Assembly: GCA_002495315.1 (NCBI GenBank)
Contig: DAEN01000040.1
Span: 51,553 to 115,552, forward strand
Length of the DNA stretch: 64,000 bases
Direction: 5' to 3'
Source: Thaumarchaeota archaeon UBA141
GTDB lineage: Archaea; Thermoproteota; Nitrososphaeria; Nitrososphaerales; UBA141
Shown: positions 17,060 through 26,382 of the stretch, in pieces
Layout: every line of letters starts with the position of its first letter
Position numbering within the stretch: position 1 is the first letter of the stretch
Notes under the pieces: generated by a model
The model's input: only the letters and a program-made list of their open reading frames with translations
Databases searched by the model: none
Told to the model about the DNA's origin: nothing
Position numbers and translations under genes: made by a program

Positions 17060-18156
17060 CCGCTCACAAGTCTCTCCCGAATAGCTAGCATATCGCGCAA
17101 AATAGCTGAAGCTGTTTCTAGGCCTCCCGCACCTTTCCCAATAACTATTTCTTCACCTACGAATTCAGAGATTAACCTAATGCCGTTTAGAGCTTCCTTC
17201 ACGCAGAGTGGATCTGTATAGGCAATCTCAATAGGCTTTACCGTTAGATGATCGCCCTCTGTTGTTCCAACCAAACGGATCGCATTTCCCTTCTTTCTGG
17301 CACGTTGAATATCTTTCTGAGTAATTTCTCTGATGCCAGTGATTGAAACATCCTTGATAGTGGAACGTTTAGCCATGAGCCAATTTGCGGTTATGACAAG
17401 TTTAGCGGCGGTATCATAACCATCTATATCTAGACTCGGATCGGTTTCTGCGTAGCCCAGTTCTTGGGCAAGTTGAAGGGATTCATTGAAGCTCTTTCCA
17501 TCTTGCTCCATTCGAGTCAAGATGAAATTTGTGGTCCCATTTAGAATGCCCTGTATAGCGGTTATCTTATCCGGGTTCAGACATGTCTTGCCGAATTCCA
17601 GGATTGGGGTCCCGCCACCAACTGTTCCACTAAAGCGAAGATGAACGCCGTGGTATTTTGCTGATTCGAGGAGAACCGGCATAGCCAGAGCTAGAGGGCC
17701 TTTGTTTGCAGTTATCACATTCATCTTGGAACGTAGTGCGCTTTCGATATGTAGGAGGCCTGGTTGTCCATCCCTAAGATTAGTGGGAGTCATCTCTACT
17801 ACAACTTCTCCTTCAACTGAACGCAACAACTCCGTGGCGGACATTCCTTTATGGTAATCAGATCCTGACAGACTTAACGACCCTTTCTTTCTCTTTGCTT
17901 CAAGGGCTTTGGGTAGGTTGATGCCTCTAGGATCCATGAGGGCTCCTCTTTGATCTGCTATGCCTACAACACGAGGATTAAGGCCATAGCTGCTGGACAG
18001 CTCTCTTTCGCGAGCAATTAGAAGCTCAGATAGGCCTTGTCCAATTACTCCATAGCCTATCAAGATGAGGCGCAAGACGATGTGGTAACTGAAGCTTTCT
18101 TCGCTATTTTGCTTTTTTGGGCCAATGAAGAAATCAGATGTACAGCCAGTAGGCAC
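17056..18156 (-). CDS. hom: Homoserine dehydrogenase
   Basis: LILIGYGVIGQGL is a Rossmann motif, and the central catalytic domain and C-terminus fit the family. The likely start is TTG 18075 (M-RLILIGYG); the track ORF starts at GTG 18156. Confidence 0.85.
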   Translation of the reverse strand: MPTGCTSDFFIGPKKQNSEESFSYHIVLRLILIGYGVIGQGLSELLIARERELSSSYGLNPRVVGIADQRGALMDPRGINLPKALEAKRKKGSLSLSGSDYHKGMSATELLRSVEGEVVVEMTPTNLRDGQPGLLHIESALRSKMNVITANKGPLALAMPVLLESAKYHGVHLRFSGTVGGGTPILEFGKTCLNPDKITAIQGILNGTTNFILTRMEQDGKSFNESLQLAQELGYAETDPSLDIDGYDTAAKLVITANWLMAKRSTIKDVSITGIREITQKDIQRARKKGNAIRLVGTTEGDHLTVKPIEIAYTDPLCVKEALNGIRLISEFVGEEIVIGKGAGGLETASAILRDMLAIRERLVSG

Positions 18157-18188
18157 TCGATGATTAGGAGGCCTTAACGTTGATGTGA

Positions 18189-19067
18189 CTATCTTTCTAG
18201 TCGCAGTTTTCGTACAAGGTTACCTATCGAATATAGTATGAGTGAAGTTATGGTGAGCAAGATACCAATAATTCCTGTTGTAACTGCAATCAAAGATATG
18301 GGTATGCTGAAATAAGCAGATTCATTGTACAATATCAAAGTATACGTAAGGAGGGCAACGCCTAAAGCCATACTTATCAGGCCAGGCAGTCCGAGGTAAA
18401 TTAACGGCCTTCTTTCCACCACAACCCGAAGGATGGCAGCTATTACATGGAAACCTTGGCCTACTACGCTGCGATCTCGGGAGGATCCATCATAACTACA
18501 AGTTATAGGAACTTCAACTATTCGTAATTTTCTTGTTCCAGCATCAAGTAAAATCTGCGAATCAACTCCTAAACCATCTTCAGTCACATTTAGCATGGCT
18601 ATTGTTTGCCTTGTATAGGCTCGAAAACCACTTTGAGTATCAGAAATATTTCGACCAGCAAACCGATTTGTAAAGAAAGAAAGAACCTTGTTACCAAAAG
18701 TACGATGCCTAGGCATTTCTACCTCCTCATTCAAGCGCGAACCGTTAACTATGTCTGCGTCACCATTAAGAAGTGGTTGGATGACCTTCGGGATCTCGTT
18801 AGGATCATGTTGTCCGTCGCCGTCTAGAGTTACAATAATTTCTGCATCCATCTGACGAGATCTCTCGAACAGCGTGCGAAGAGCTGCCCCTTTACCCAGG
18901 TTCTCTGAATGTCTTGCAACCTCTACGCCCAGTGCCTCTGCAATCTCGACTGTCATATCGGTTGATCCGTCATCACAGACTATGACCGCGTTTGAATTCT
19001 TTCTTGCGGCTAATATGACACCTGCTATTGACTTTTCCTCATTGAAAGCAGGTATACAGACAAGCAC
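18189..19067 (-). CDS. GT2 glycosyltransferase, dolichyl-phosphate hexose synthase-like, with C-terminal TM helices
   Basis: 292 aa. LVCIPAFNEEKSI, DDGSTD and LDGDGQHDP are GT-A motifs. Two C-terminal hydrophobic helices follow. Confidence 0.8.
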   Translation of the reverse strand: MLVCIPAFNEEKSIAGVILAARKNSNAVIVCDDGSTDMTVEIAEALGVEVARHSENLGKGAALRTLFERSRQMDAEIIVTLDGDGQHDPNEIPKVIQPLLNGDADIVNGSRLNEEVEMPRHRTFGNKVLSFFTNRFAGRNISDTQSGFRAYTRQTIAMLNVTEDGLGVDSQILLDAGTRKLRIVEVPITCSYDGSSRDRSVVGQGFHVIAAILRVVVERRPLIYLGLPGLISMALGVALLTYTLILYNESAYFSIPISLIAVTTGIIGILLTITSLILYSIGNLVRKLRLER

Positions 19068-19210
19068 TGACCTTTTGTTAAAAGTAGTCGTGGTTCCACC
19101 TATTGTTTGATTTTCATATGATCCTAGTGTGAAGTGATAAAGTCTTCGGCACTAATCTATTTGCTTACTTTTCTTCTGGCTTCTATTATATGAGAGGTAT
19201 TTGATTGAAT

Positions 19211-20287
19211 CTATCTAACATACTTTCGTATAAAGGAGTAATATGCTGTAAAAACTCGGTTAGCAGCATCAGATAGTCCTCGAAAGGCTAAATGGTGAAA
19301 GGTAATGGAAAAGTTATTCATTACCACTCGGTCATCCAAGCGCCGACTAGATTGAATTCGTAATCGTGCAGACGAGAGATACGCACGTGCCCTGATCAAA
19401 TCCGCATAACCTCGAATCTTCCATCCAAGCCAGAATCTAGAAAGAGCCAATAGAAGCATCAACAATTCCACACCAAGCAATAGAGGAAGCAAGAGAACTA
19501 GGGTGTTTTTACGATAATTCTTCAAGACAGTAGCTAGTCTATTACGTTCTAGGAAATAATACTTGGACTCAGACAGACTTGTTACGTGATCATGATATAC
19601 TACAGAAGTGGGTACATAATAGCTTCTCCAACCTAATATCGATCCTCTCCAGCAAAGATCAGTATCTTCATTGTAAATGAAGTAAAAGGGATCCAGGAGA
19701 CCAATAGTCGATAGCGCAGTACGACGAATCAACAAGCACGAGCCCGAGACGTGACCCAGTACTCGAACATTCTCATATTGACCTCGATCAACTTCCCCCA
19801 ATCCTCTGGGGAAACCAAAGCCAAGTAAGTGCGTTTCATTTCCTGCAGAATCAATTATTGGCTTGTTTGATGAGAGAAGGATCTTTGGCTGAAAGAATGC
19901 GCCATTTTTGTGCCTCTTTGCGGCATCTATAAGATGTCCCAACCAATCTGGACTGACCATTGCGTCCTGATTGATCAGTACTATGAATTCATCAGAGGAT
20001 CTCATAATTCCTATGTTGTTACCAGCTGCATAACCAAAATTGTTCTGATTAACAACGATTTCAACACCGGGGAATTTCTTCCTGAGTTCCTCAACGCTTC
20101 CATCAACAGAGGCATTATCGACTACTAGAATTTGTAAATTCGGGTAAACTGATTTGATTAAGGAGTCGACACAAATGATGAGGTCTTTTCCTCCATTGTA
20201 AGCCAGCACAATTGCGGTCACCGTTGGGAATTCATCTAATCGCATAGTTGTTCTCCGAGGCCTAGAGATATGCGATGACGTAAGCAT
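19211..20287 (-). CDS. GT2 glycosyltransferase (rhamnosyltransferase-like)
   Basis: 358 aa with TAIVLAYNGG, VVDNASVDGS and LINQDAMV motifs plus a C-terminal hydrophobic segment. An alternative ATG start lies at 20245. Confidence 0.75.
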   Translation of the reverse strand: MLTSSHISRPRRTTMRLDEFPTVTAIVLAYNGGKDLIICVDSLIKSVYPNLQILVVDNASVDGSVEELRKKFPGVEIVVNQNNFGYAAGNNIGIMRSSDEFIVLINQDAMVSPDWLGHLIDAAKRHKNGAFFQPKILLSSNKPIIDSAGNETHLLGFGFPRGLGEVDRGQYENVRVLGHVSGSCLLIRRTALSTIGLLDPFYFIYNEDTDLCWRGSILGWRSYYVPTSVVYHDHVTSLSESKYYFLERNRLATVLKNYRKNTLVLLLPLLLGVELLMLLLALSRFWLGWKIRGYADLIRARAYLSSARLRIQSSRRLDDRVVMNNFSITFHHLAFRGLSDAANRVFTAYYSFIRKYVR

Positions 20288-20291
20288 GGAG

Positions 20292-20831
20292 CTACCTGTT
20301 TTCCTCTTCGCGTTTGGTTGAGTTATCTCGTGATGATAGAGAGATGAAGACGAATATCACTAGAACTATAGTAAGTACATAATTTGCTGGAGGAGAGAAA
20401 AGAATCCCTATGACTGGTATGGCAAGAAGAATCTTACCATCAATAAATCCTTCCACTGCAGGAAAATCATCTATATTTGGGTTATTGTCGCCTTGTGTTA
20501 TGAATGACATCAATTCCCCTTCTTGGTTAACCTGTACTATTCGATGCACAATAATTTCACCGTGAAAATGTTCAAGACGGTACGCTATGACATCACCAAC
20601 TTTCAACGAGTTAACATCCTCTCCAGTTACAATCAATAGATCAAATGCTTTGAAAGTAGGTTCCATGCTGTCCCCTACTACAACAAGAAGGGGTGCGCCA
20701 GTGCGTGCTACTATGGGTATTGTTGAGAGAGCAATTCCAACAAGCATGGATAGAAGCACTAAGAGAACTAAGTATCGAATAATGCGTTTGTGCAATATAA
20801 TGGCCTGTCGGGCCTGATTATAGGCCGTCAT
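20292..20831 (-). CDS. Signal peptidase I (archaeal/eukaryal Sec11 type, S26B)
   Basis: 179 aa with an N-terminal TM, VVVGDSMEPTF (catalytic Ser box), a HRIV (His) box, GDNN, and a C-terminal TM. Confidence 0.75.
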   Translation of the reverse strand: MTAYNQARQAIILHKRIIRYLVLLVLLSMLVGIALSTIPIVARTGAPLLVVVGDSMEPTFKAFDLLIVTGEDVNSLKVGDVIAYRLEHFHGEIIVHRIVQVNQEGELMSFITQGDNNPNIDDFPAVEGFIDGKILLAIPVIGILFSPPANYVLTIVLVIFVFISLSSRDNSTKREEENR

Positions 20832-20885
20832 GGTGAACTTTTGGGCCTTATAGCCTGCATTGGTAAGGAGTACTTCCCAGTTCTC

Positions 20886-21644
20886 TTAGTTGGTAACTGT
20901 GAAGCTTATCGATTCTGGAGGAGCAAGCGGGGAGAGAGTCACAAAGTCCTCCCAGATGAATATCTCAGCTGTATAGACTCCGGGCTGCATTATTCGGACA
21001 CTCGGGCCAGCTATTCGCTCAGCATTCGATGCTAGCTGGTCAGAAATAATGACTGGGGATGTTATGATCTGGTCATTTGCGTCTTTTACCTGAACTACGT
21101 AGAGAAACGAATTGGAAGAATCGCTATTATTTTGGAGGTTCGCGCTTACGATAATCAAGCTTCCAACTTCAAACTCGGTATCTTTATTTCTGGCGGTATC
21201 AGTTGTCTCTACCTCTGTAACAGCAAACGTTCCAGTACCTGTGGCACTACTACGAATATTTACTTCAAAATTTGCAGTTGCTGGATCTATCTCGTTTCCC
21301 TCGACGGATGTAACTTCAATTTTCACGTCGAATAGTCCACTACTTGGAAATTTGTAGATGAAAGTTGAAGATCCAGCAAGAGCATTAAAGTTCCGTTGAA
21401 GGGCCTGTCCGCCTCCAGGAGTGTTAATGGTTATCGTGTATTGTGATTCTAGAGGTTGTTTAGTGGTAGCATCGTTGATAGAAATCGTTAGGGTGTTTGC
21501 ACGGTCTACAATTGGAACTCGCGGAGAAATTGAAAGGCCAATCTCATATCCACCTACCTGAGAAGTTTCTGCAGAAGCAGTATTTATGATGGGTAGAGAT
21601 AACAATAAGAGTAGAATAATAAAACCAGGAAGTCGTCGAGTCAT
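20886..21644 (-). CDS. Secreted beta-rich protein of unknown function
   Basis: 252 aa with a clear signal peptide (MTRRLPGFIILLLLLSLPIINTASA), then Thr/Ser/Val/Ile-rich sequence that suggests two beta-sandwich domains. There is no C-terminal anchor. Confidence 0.6.
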   Translation of the reverse strand: MTRRLPGFIILLLLLSLPIINTASAETSQVGGYEIGLSISPRVPIVDRANTLTISINDATTKQPLESQYTITINTPGGGQALQRNFNALAGSSTFIYKFPSSGLFDVKIEVTSVEGNEIDPATANFEVNIRSSATGTGTFAVTEVETTDTARNKDTEFEVGSLIIVSANLQNNSDSSNSFLYVVQVKDANDQIITSPVIISDQLASNAERIAGPSVRIMQPGVYTAEIFIWEDFVTLSPLAPPESISFTVTN

Positions 21645-21771
21645 AGTGAACGCATTTAGTTACTCAATTACAAATACTTATGCTAGATATCCAACACAGA
21701 GGACTATTTGTAAAGTGTTATTCTACATAGTTTCCAAAATACAAAAAAACCATGCCTCTGGAGGCCGACCC

Positions 21772-22620
21772 ATGAAAAAGTCTGGGGCACTGGCTCTGAT
21801 TGCCATGAGTCTGTTATTCCTATCTGTTTCGTCGTCTCCTGCATGGTCTGTAGAGACTTTGACTGTGACGGTTGACAAGACGATCTATGCACGAGGTGAA
21901 CTGGTTGAAGTAAGCGGTAGCGTTACAGGGATTTCAACTGAACATGACATTTCCATACAAGTTCTCAAACCAGGAGGCAGTCCATGGAGTTACGCTCAGG
22001 TTACCCCTGAATCAAATGGCAGCTTCCAGTCATCAGTGGCTCGGCTGAGCGAACAAGACCCGTTGGGCCTTTACGAAATTACTGTAAGCTATAGAGGCGA
22101 TCACGCAAAGACTACTTTCTTCCTGCTTGAAGTAAAGAATTTCAATGCGGAGTGGCAAGAGCTAACTTTTCCCGTACAAGTATTATCTAACGCTACAGTT
22201 ACAGGTTTTCAATTTGACCAGCCTTCCAAGCAGATTAGCATAACTGTCGAAGCGACAGCTTCGAGCTTCGTCAATATGACGTTAGCCAATGAACTATTAT
22301 CTGCACCATTTGATGTAACTGTTGACGGAACCTCTGAACAGGGAACAACCTTTTCGCAGGTAAATCAGACACACACTACGATCTCGACGATATTCAACAC
22401 AGGTAGTCATACGATTATTGTTGTAGGTACTAACGTCATCCCAGAGTTCCCAGTATCTACCCTCTTCACGATGGCTGTTGGTGTAGGCATATTTCTATTA
22501 GCTCTCAGATTTGGGCGACGATTGACAAAGGCCGGGGACTACCGGACAGGGACCTCTACAACACCGAGAAGTTTCTCTATCTCACTAAGTTCAGCTTTTA
22601 TTTCTAGAGGGGGCTCATAA
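21772..22620 (+). CDS. Secreted protein with a PEF-CTERM-type (archaeosortase) sorting signal
   Basis: From ATG 21772 there is a signal peptide (MKKSGALALIAMSLLFLSVSSSPAWS), a beta-rich body, and then IPEFPVSTLFTMAVGVGIFLLALRFGRR. The track ORF start (21586) adds 62 implausible residues. Confidence 0.7.
   Translation: MKKSGALALIAMSLLFLSVSSSPAWSVETLTVTVDKTIYARGELVEVSGSVTGISTEHDISIQVLKPGGSPWSYAQVTPESNGSFQSSVARLSEQDPLGLYEITVSYRGDHAKTTFFLLEVKNFNAEWQELTFPVQVLSNATVTGFQFDQPSKQISITVEATASSFVNMTLANELLSAPFDVTVDGTSEQGTTFSQVNQTHTTISTIFNTGSHTIIVVGTNVIPEFPVSTLFTMAVGVGIFLLALRFGRRLTKAGDYRTGTSTTPRSFSISLSSAFISRGGS
22441..22521 (+). other. Tripartite C-terminal sorting signal (PEF motif + TM helix + Arg cluster)
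   Basis: This segment encodes PEFPVSTLFTMAVGVGIFLLALRFGRR. Its architecture matches exosortase/archaeosortase recognition domains. Confidence 0.6.
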
Positions 22621-23789
22621 GTATGTGTCACTGCGTCGGGATCTTTTAATCCATGACCCGTGGCAACACATACTATTCTGTCACTTCTAGAAATCATTCC
22701 CGCATTTAACATCTTTTTCAAAGCAGCTATGGGACTAGCACTGGCTGGCTCTACAAAAAGGCCCTCATAGCGCGCTAGGAGTCTCTGAGCAGTCAGAATC
22801 TCTTCATCACTTACGATCTCTGCTCCACCATTAGATCCATAGATTGCCCTTAGGGCCTTCTTCCAACTAATGGGTGCTCCAATACGTATGGCTGTAGCAA
22901 TTGTTTCTGGTGCATCTTTCATGATAATATCTTTACGTCCTTTCTTCACTGACTCAGCAATTGGTGCAGCACCTTCTGCCTGAACTCCAAATAGCCTTGG
23001 CAATTTCTCTAGGAAACCTAGAGAATTGAGTTCACTGAAGCCTTTCCAAATCGCGCTAATGTTCCCAGCGTTGCCCACAGGTGTTACCAGGACATCGGGC
23101 TCTGTTCCCATCGATTGTTCCCAGACTTCATAGGCCAAGGTCTTCTGTCCTTCCAAACGAAAAGGGTTTACTGAATTTAGTAGATACGCCTCTTTATGAC
23201 GTCGACAGAGCTGGAAGACCAGATTTAGTGCCTCATCGAAGTTCCCTTGGACTTGAACTACCAATGCACCATGTATCATAGCTTGGGCGAGCTTTCCAAA
23301 AGCAATTTTTCCAGTGGGAATTAGGACGACGCAGCGGAGCCCCGCACGGGCAGTATAAGCTGCTAACGAGGCGGAAGTGTTACCAGTAGAAGCACAGACA
23401 ACTGTCCTGACGCCGATTTCTAGAGCCCTAGTAACTCCTACTGTCATTCCCCTATCCTTAAAGGAACCAGTCGGATTCTCGCCCTCGTTCTTGACATATA
23501 GGTGCGGAAGTCCAAGTTCTTCTCCTAAGCGCTTACATTCATAGAGATTTGTGCCGCCTTCTCCCAAGGTTATTTCAGTCCGGTTATTACCTACTGGTAT
23601 GAGCTCGCGGTATCTCCAAACTCCAAAACGCCGCTTTTCCCACGCAGACCTATCAATCTGTTTAGATAAGACTGGAAGGTCGTATACAACTTCCAGCAAA
23701 TCCCCACATTCTTTACACTGATATCTCTCTTCAGCTAGTGGCCAGGACTTGCCACAACCTATGCACTGGAGCCTAGACCACATCATCAA
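22539..23789 (-). CDS. thrC: Threonine synthase
   Basis: 416 aa with an N-terminal zinc-ribbon-like LQCIGCGK...YQCKECG and PTGSFKDRG (PLP lysine). Confidence 0.9.
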   Translation of the reverse strand: MMMWSRLQCIGCGKSWPLAEERYQCKECGDLLEVVYDLPVLSKQIDRSAWEKRRFGVWRYRELIPVGNNRTEITLGEGGTNLYECKRLGEELGLPHLYVKNEGENPTGSFKDRGMTVGVTRALEIGVRTVVCASTGNTSASLAAYTARAGLRCVVLIPTGKIAFGKLAQAMIHGALVVQVQGNFDEALNLVFQLCRRHKEAYLLNSVNPFRLEGQKTLAYEVWEQSMGTEPDVLVTPVGNAGNISAIWKGFSELNSLGFLEKLPRLFGVQAEGAAPIAESVKKGRKDIIMKDAPETIATAIRIGAPISWKKALRAIYGSNGGAEIVSDEEILTAQRLLARYEGLFVEPASASPIAALKKMLNAGMISRSDRIVCVATGHGLKDPDAVTHTYEPPLEIKAELSEIEKLLGVVEVPVR

Positions 23790-24750
23790 TTACACACACT
23801 CCCTTACCTGGCTTAGTGGTTGTTATTTCGCAAGGTATTCCAGCTTTCCTAAAACCTTCTCTGATTGCTTTGCTTACCTTTCTAGGATCTGATTTTCCTC
23901 TGTCAATTAGAGCTAACATTGTTGGACCAGCTCCACTAATAGCAACTCCAACCGCTCCCGCATCCAAAGCTGCACGTCTAACGCGGTCGTATCCCGGTAC
24001 CATGTTAGAACGGGCTGGTTCAACTATCTTATCTTGCATGCCCTGACCAATCAACTTGATGTTGCCAATAGCAAAGCCTGCCATTATTAGAGAAGCGGAG
24101 GCTATATTCCATATTGCGTCGCTAAGAGGAACTTGTTTAGGTAGGATGTTTCTGGCGGTCCCGGTCTTTTTCGGAGGTACTTGTACCAAAGGCCTACCGA
24201 GACATAAAATTAGATCCTGAGGGGTTTGTGGTAGTGATACCAGATCCAATCCATCTGTTCCTTGTCGAATAGCCGAAAAGTACCCTAATAAAGCAGCAGC
24301 GACATTATCAAAATGAGGAACTCCAGCGGAAGCTACTTCACCTTTCGCTGCAAAGGCAATAAGAGTATTCATGGGGAGATGAAGATCTAGTAGGCGGTCC
24401 AGAGCGAAAGCAACGGCCGCCGCATCTGCGGCACTACTTCCAAGTCCGTATCCAGGAGGGATTCCTTTTCGGACTCTAATTTCGCATCCAAAGCCTCCGC
24501 CAAAATTACGCAGAAGTGCATCAGCCACTAGTCCTGCACTATTCTCATCCCAGATCTCCGGAACCTTATATTTTGTCTCTGGATCCAGTTTGAGTACGAT
24601 CCTTTGGTCTTTTAGTAAAGTTACCGTCACTACGTCAAATGGTTCCTCCAGCCCCAACCCAAAAATATCGAATCCAGGTCCGAGATTCGCTGATGATGCA
24701 GGTGCTCGCACCTGGAGACTCCTTATCTTCCCTAGCCGCGTTGAAGGCAT
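23773..24750 (-). CDS. thrB: Homoserine kinase (GHMP family)
   Basis: 325 aa with SSANLGPGFD and the PPGYGLGSSAADAAA GHMP motif. It overlaps the thrC start by 17 nt. Confidence 0.85.
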   Translation of the reverse strand: MPSTRLGKIRSLQVRAPASSANLGPGFDIFGLGLEEPFDVVTVTLLKDQRIVLKLDPETKYKVPEIWDENSAGLVADALLRNFGGGFGCEIRVRKGIPPGYGLGSSAADAAAVAFALDRLLDLHLPMNTLIAFAAKGEVASAGVPHFDNVAAALLGYFSAIRQGTDGLDLVSLPQTPQDLILCLGRPLVQVPPKKTGTARNILPKQVPLSDAIWNIASASLIMAGFAIGNIKLIGQGMQDKIVEPARSNMVPGYDRVRRAALDAGAVGVAISGAGPTMLALIDRGKSDPRKVSKAIREGFRKAGIPCEITTTKPGKGVCVIDDVV

Positions 24751-24860
24751 CGGGGATACTTGTCTTCGGCGACTCTTAATCTCTTTGGCGGATGATTCAT
24801 TGATACTGCTTAGGGGTTGAGACGACTAATGCAGCCTTCTTCCATAAGGCCGGGATTCCG

Positions 24861-26207
24861 TCATATCTCAGGTGGCATGGGGACAAGTTTTGCTGATATT
24901 AATGAGGAAAGCATATTCCTAGACCTGACGATGTTTTCTGAGGCACGAGTAACTAGTTCATCCTTCGTCATATTTTTCCTAGCTAAACCTTGCTGGATCG
25001 CTTTCTCACCCACTGCGGCAGCGACTCGTGGATATACTTCCCACTCAGTCATTGTAGGTGTGATGTAATCCTTGTGAAGACCTTTTTCCTCAGAATACTT
25101 AGCCAATTCTTCAGCAGCGACTATCACCATCTCATCTGTGATGGTCTTGGCACGGACGTCAAGAACGCCTCTGAACATGGATGGAAATAGAAGGCTATTG
25201 TTTACCTGATTCGGAAAGTCCGACAGGCCAGTAGCGGTGATTTTTGCTCCTGCTTCTTCAGCGTCTTTAGGCCACATCTCTGGAATTGGATTGGCAAGCA
25301 GAAATGCTATGGAGTTTGTATTCATTTCTCTCACCCACTCTTTCTTGATCAGATCTGGACCAGGTGTGGATGCTGCTACCAGAGCATCAGCACCCTTGAG
25401 AGCCTGGGCAAGATTTCCAGAAACTCTATCCTTATTGGTTCGCAAGGCGATTTCGTATTTCCACTTGTGTTTGAGCTTCAAATCATCAACATCGTCACGT
25501 TCAGCATATAGAATCCCCTTTGAATCTACCAGGATGAGATCTCCAGGATCGGCACCTGCTACTTCCAATAGTCTAGCTGTCGCTATGTTTGCAGCACCTG
25601 CTCCAAACAAGACGATTCGAGAACCGCGCACTTTCCTTCCCGTGATCTTCAGAGCATTTAACAGGGCAGCTAGTGTTACACCGGCCGTTCCCTGTTGGTC
25701 GTCATGCCAGACCGGGATCTGCATCTGAGTCCTTAGGGTATCAAGTATTTGGAAACATTTCGGAGAGGCAATATCTTCAAGGTTTATTCCCCCAAATGAT
25801 GGCTCGAGATACTTTGTCGTTTGTATTATCTCATCTGCAGTATGTGCAGATAACGATATGGGAAATGCATCTACTCCGCCAAGGTACTTGTAAATCAGTC
25901 CCTTGCCTTCCATCACGGCCATGCTAGCCTCGGGACCGACGTCACCCAAGCCAAGGACGCGACTTCCATCGGTCACAACGGCTATCTTATTCCAACGAGC
26001 TGTATACTCGAAAGAGAGGTCAGTGTTGGCCTGAATTGCCTTTGAGACGGCAGCTACGCCTGGGGTGTACCAGATGGAGAAATCGCTGAGATCTCGTACA
26101 GGTACTTTTGGTGCAATTTCGATCTTGCCTCCGTAAAAACGAGAGTACTCTAGTGCTAGACGTGAAGATTCCTCAATACTTCTTTTCCGCGGCGGTTGTC
26201 CCGACAT
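24861..26207 (-). CDS. NAD(P)-dependent malic enzyme
   Basis: 448 aa. YTPGVA, VVTDGSRVLGLGDVGP, FGGINLEDI and VLFGAGAA are malic-enzyme signatures. Confidence 0.85.
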   Translation of the reverse strand: MSGQPPRKRSIEESSRLALEYSRFYGGKIEIAPKVPVRDLSDFSIWYTPGVAAVSKAIQANTDLSFEYTARWNKIAVVTDGSRVLGLGDVGPEASMAVMEGKGLIYKYLGGVDAFPISLSAHTADEIIQTTKYLEPSFGGINLEDIASPKCFQILDTLRTQMQIPVWHDDQQGTAGVTLAALLNALKITGRKVRGSRIVLFGAGAANIATARLLEVAGADPGDLILVDSKGILYAERDDVDDLKLKHKWKYEIALRTNKDRVSGNLAQALKGADALVAASTPGPDLIKKEWVREMNTNSIAFLLANPIPEMWPKDAEEAGAKITATGLSDFPNQVNNSLLFPSMFRGVLDVRAKTITDEMVIVAAEELAKYSEEKGLHKDYITPTMTEWEVYPRVAAAVGEKAIQQGLARKNMTKDELVTRASENIVRSRNMLSSLISAKLVPMPPEI

Positions 26208-26382
26208 GACAATATCTTCGATAGGATGGGTATTTAATTATTCGTCATTTAACGACAAAAACTTCGTCCATGATAATTCTGTCGATTAATTAGAAGTATT
26301 TGAGGAAGGAAAAGGACTAAGAAGTTCTCAACTTTGCCCAGGCATAGTATATACAACTAGAGCTACCGATTGTCGGAAAATC

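Noticed and set aside
21586-21771. 62-codon N-terminal extension of the PEF-CTERM ORF as given by the track
   Set aside because: The extension overlaps the start of the divergent gene and the shared promoter region and has no signal-peptide character. ATG 21772 is followed by a textbook signal peptide.
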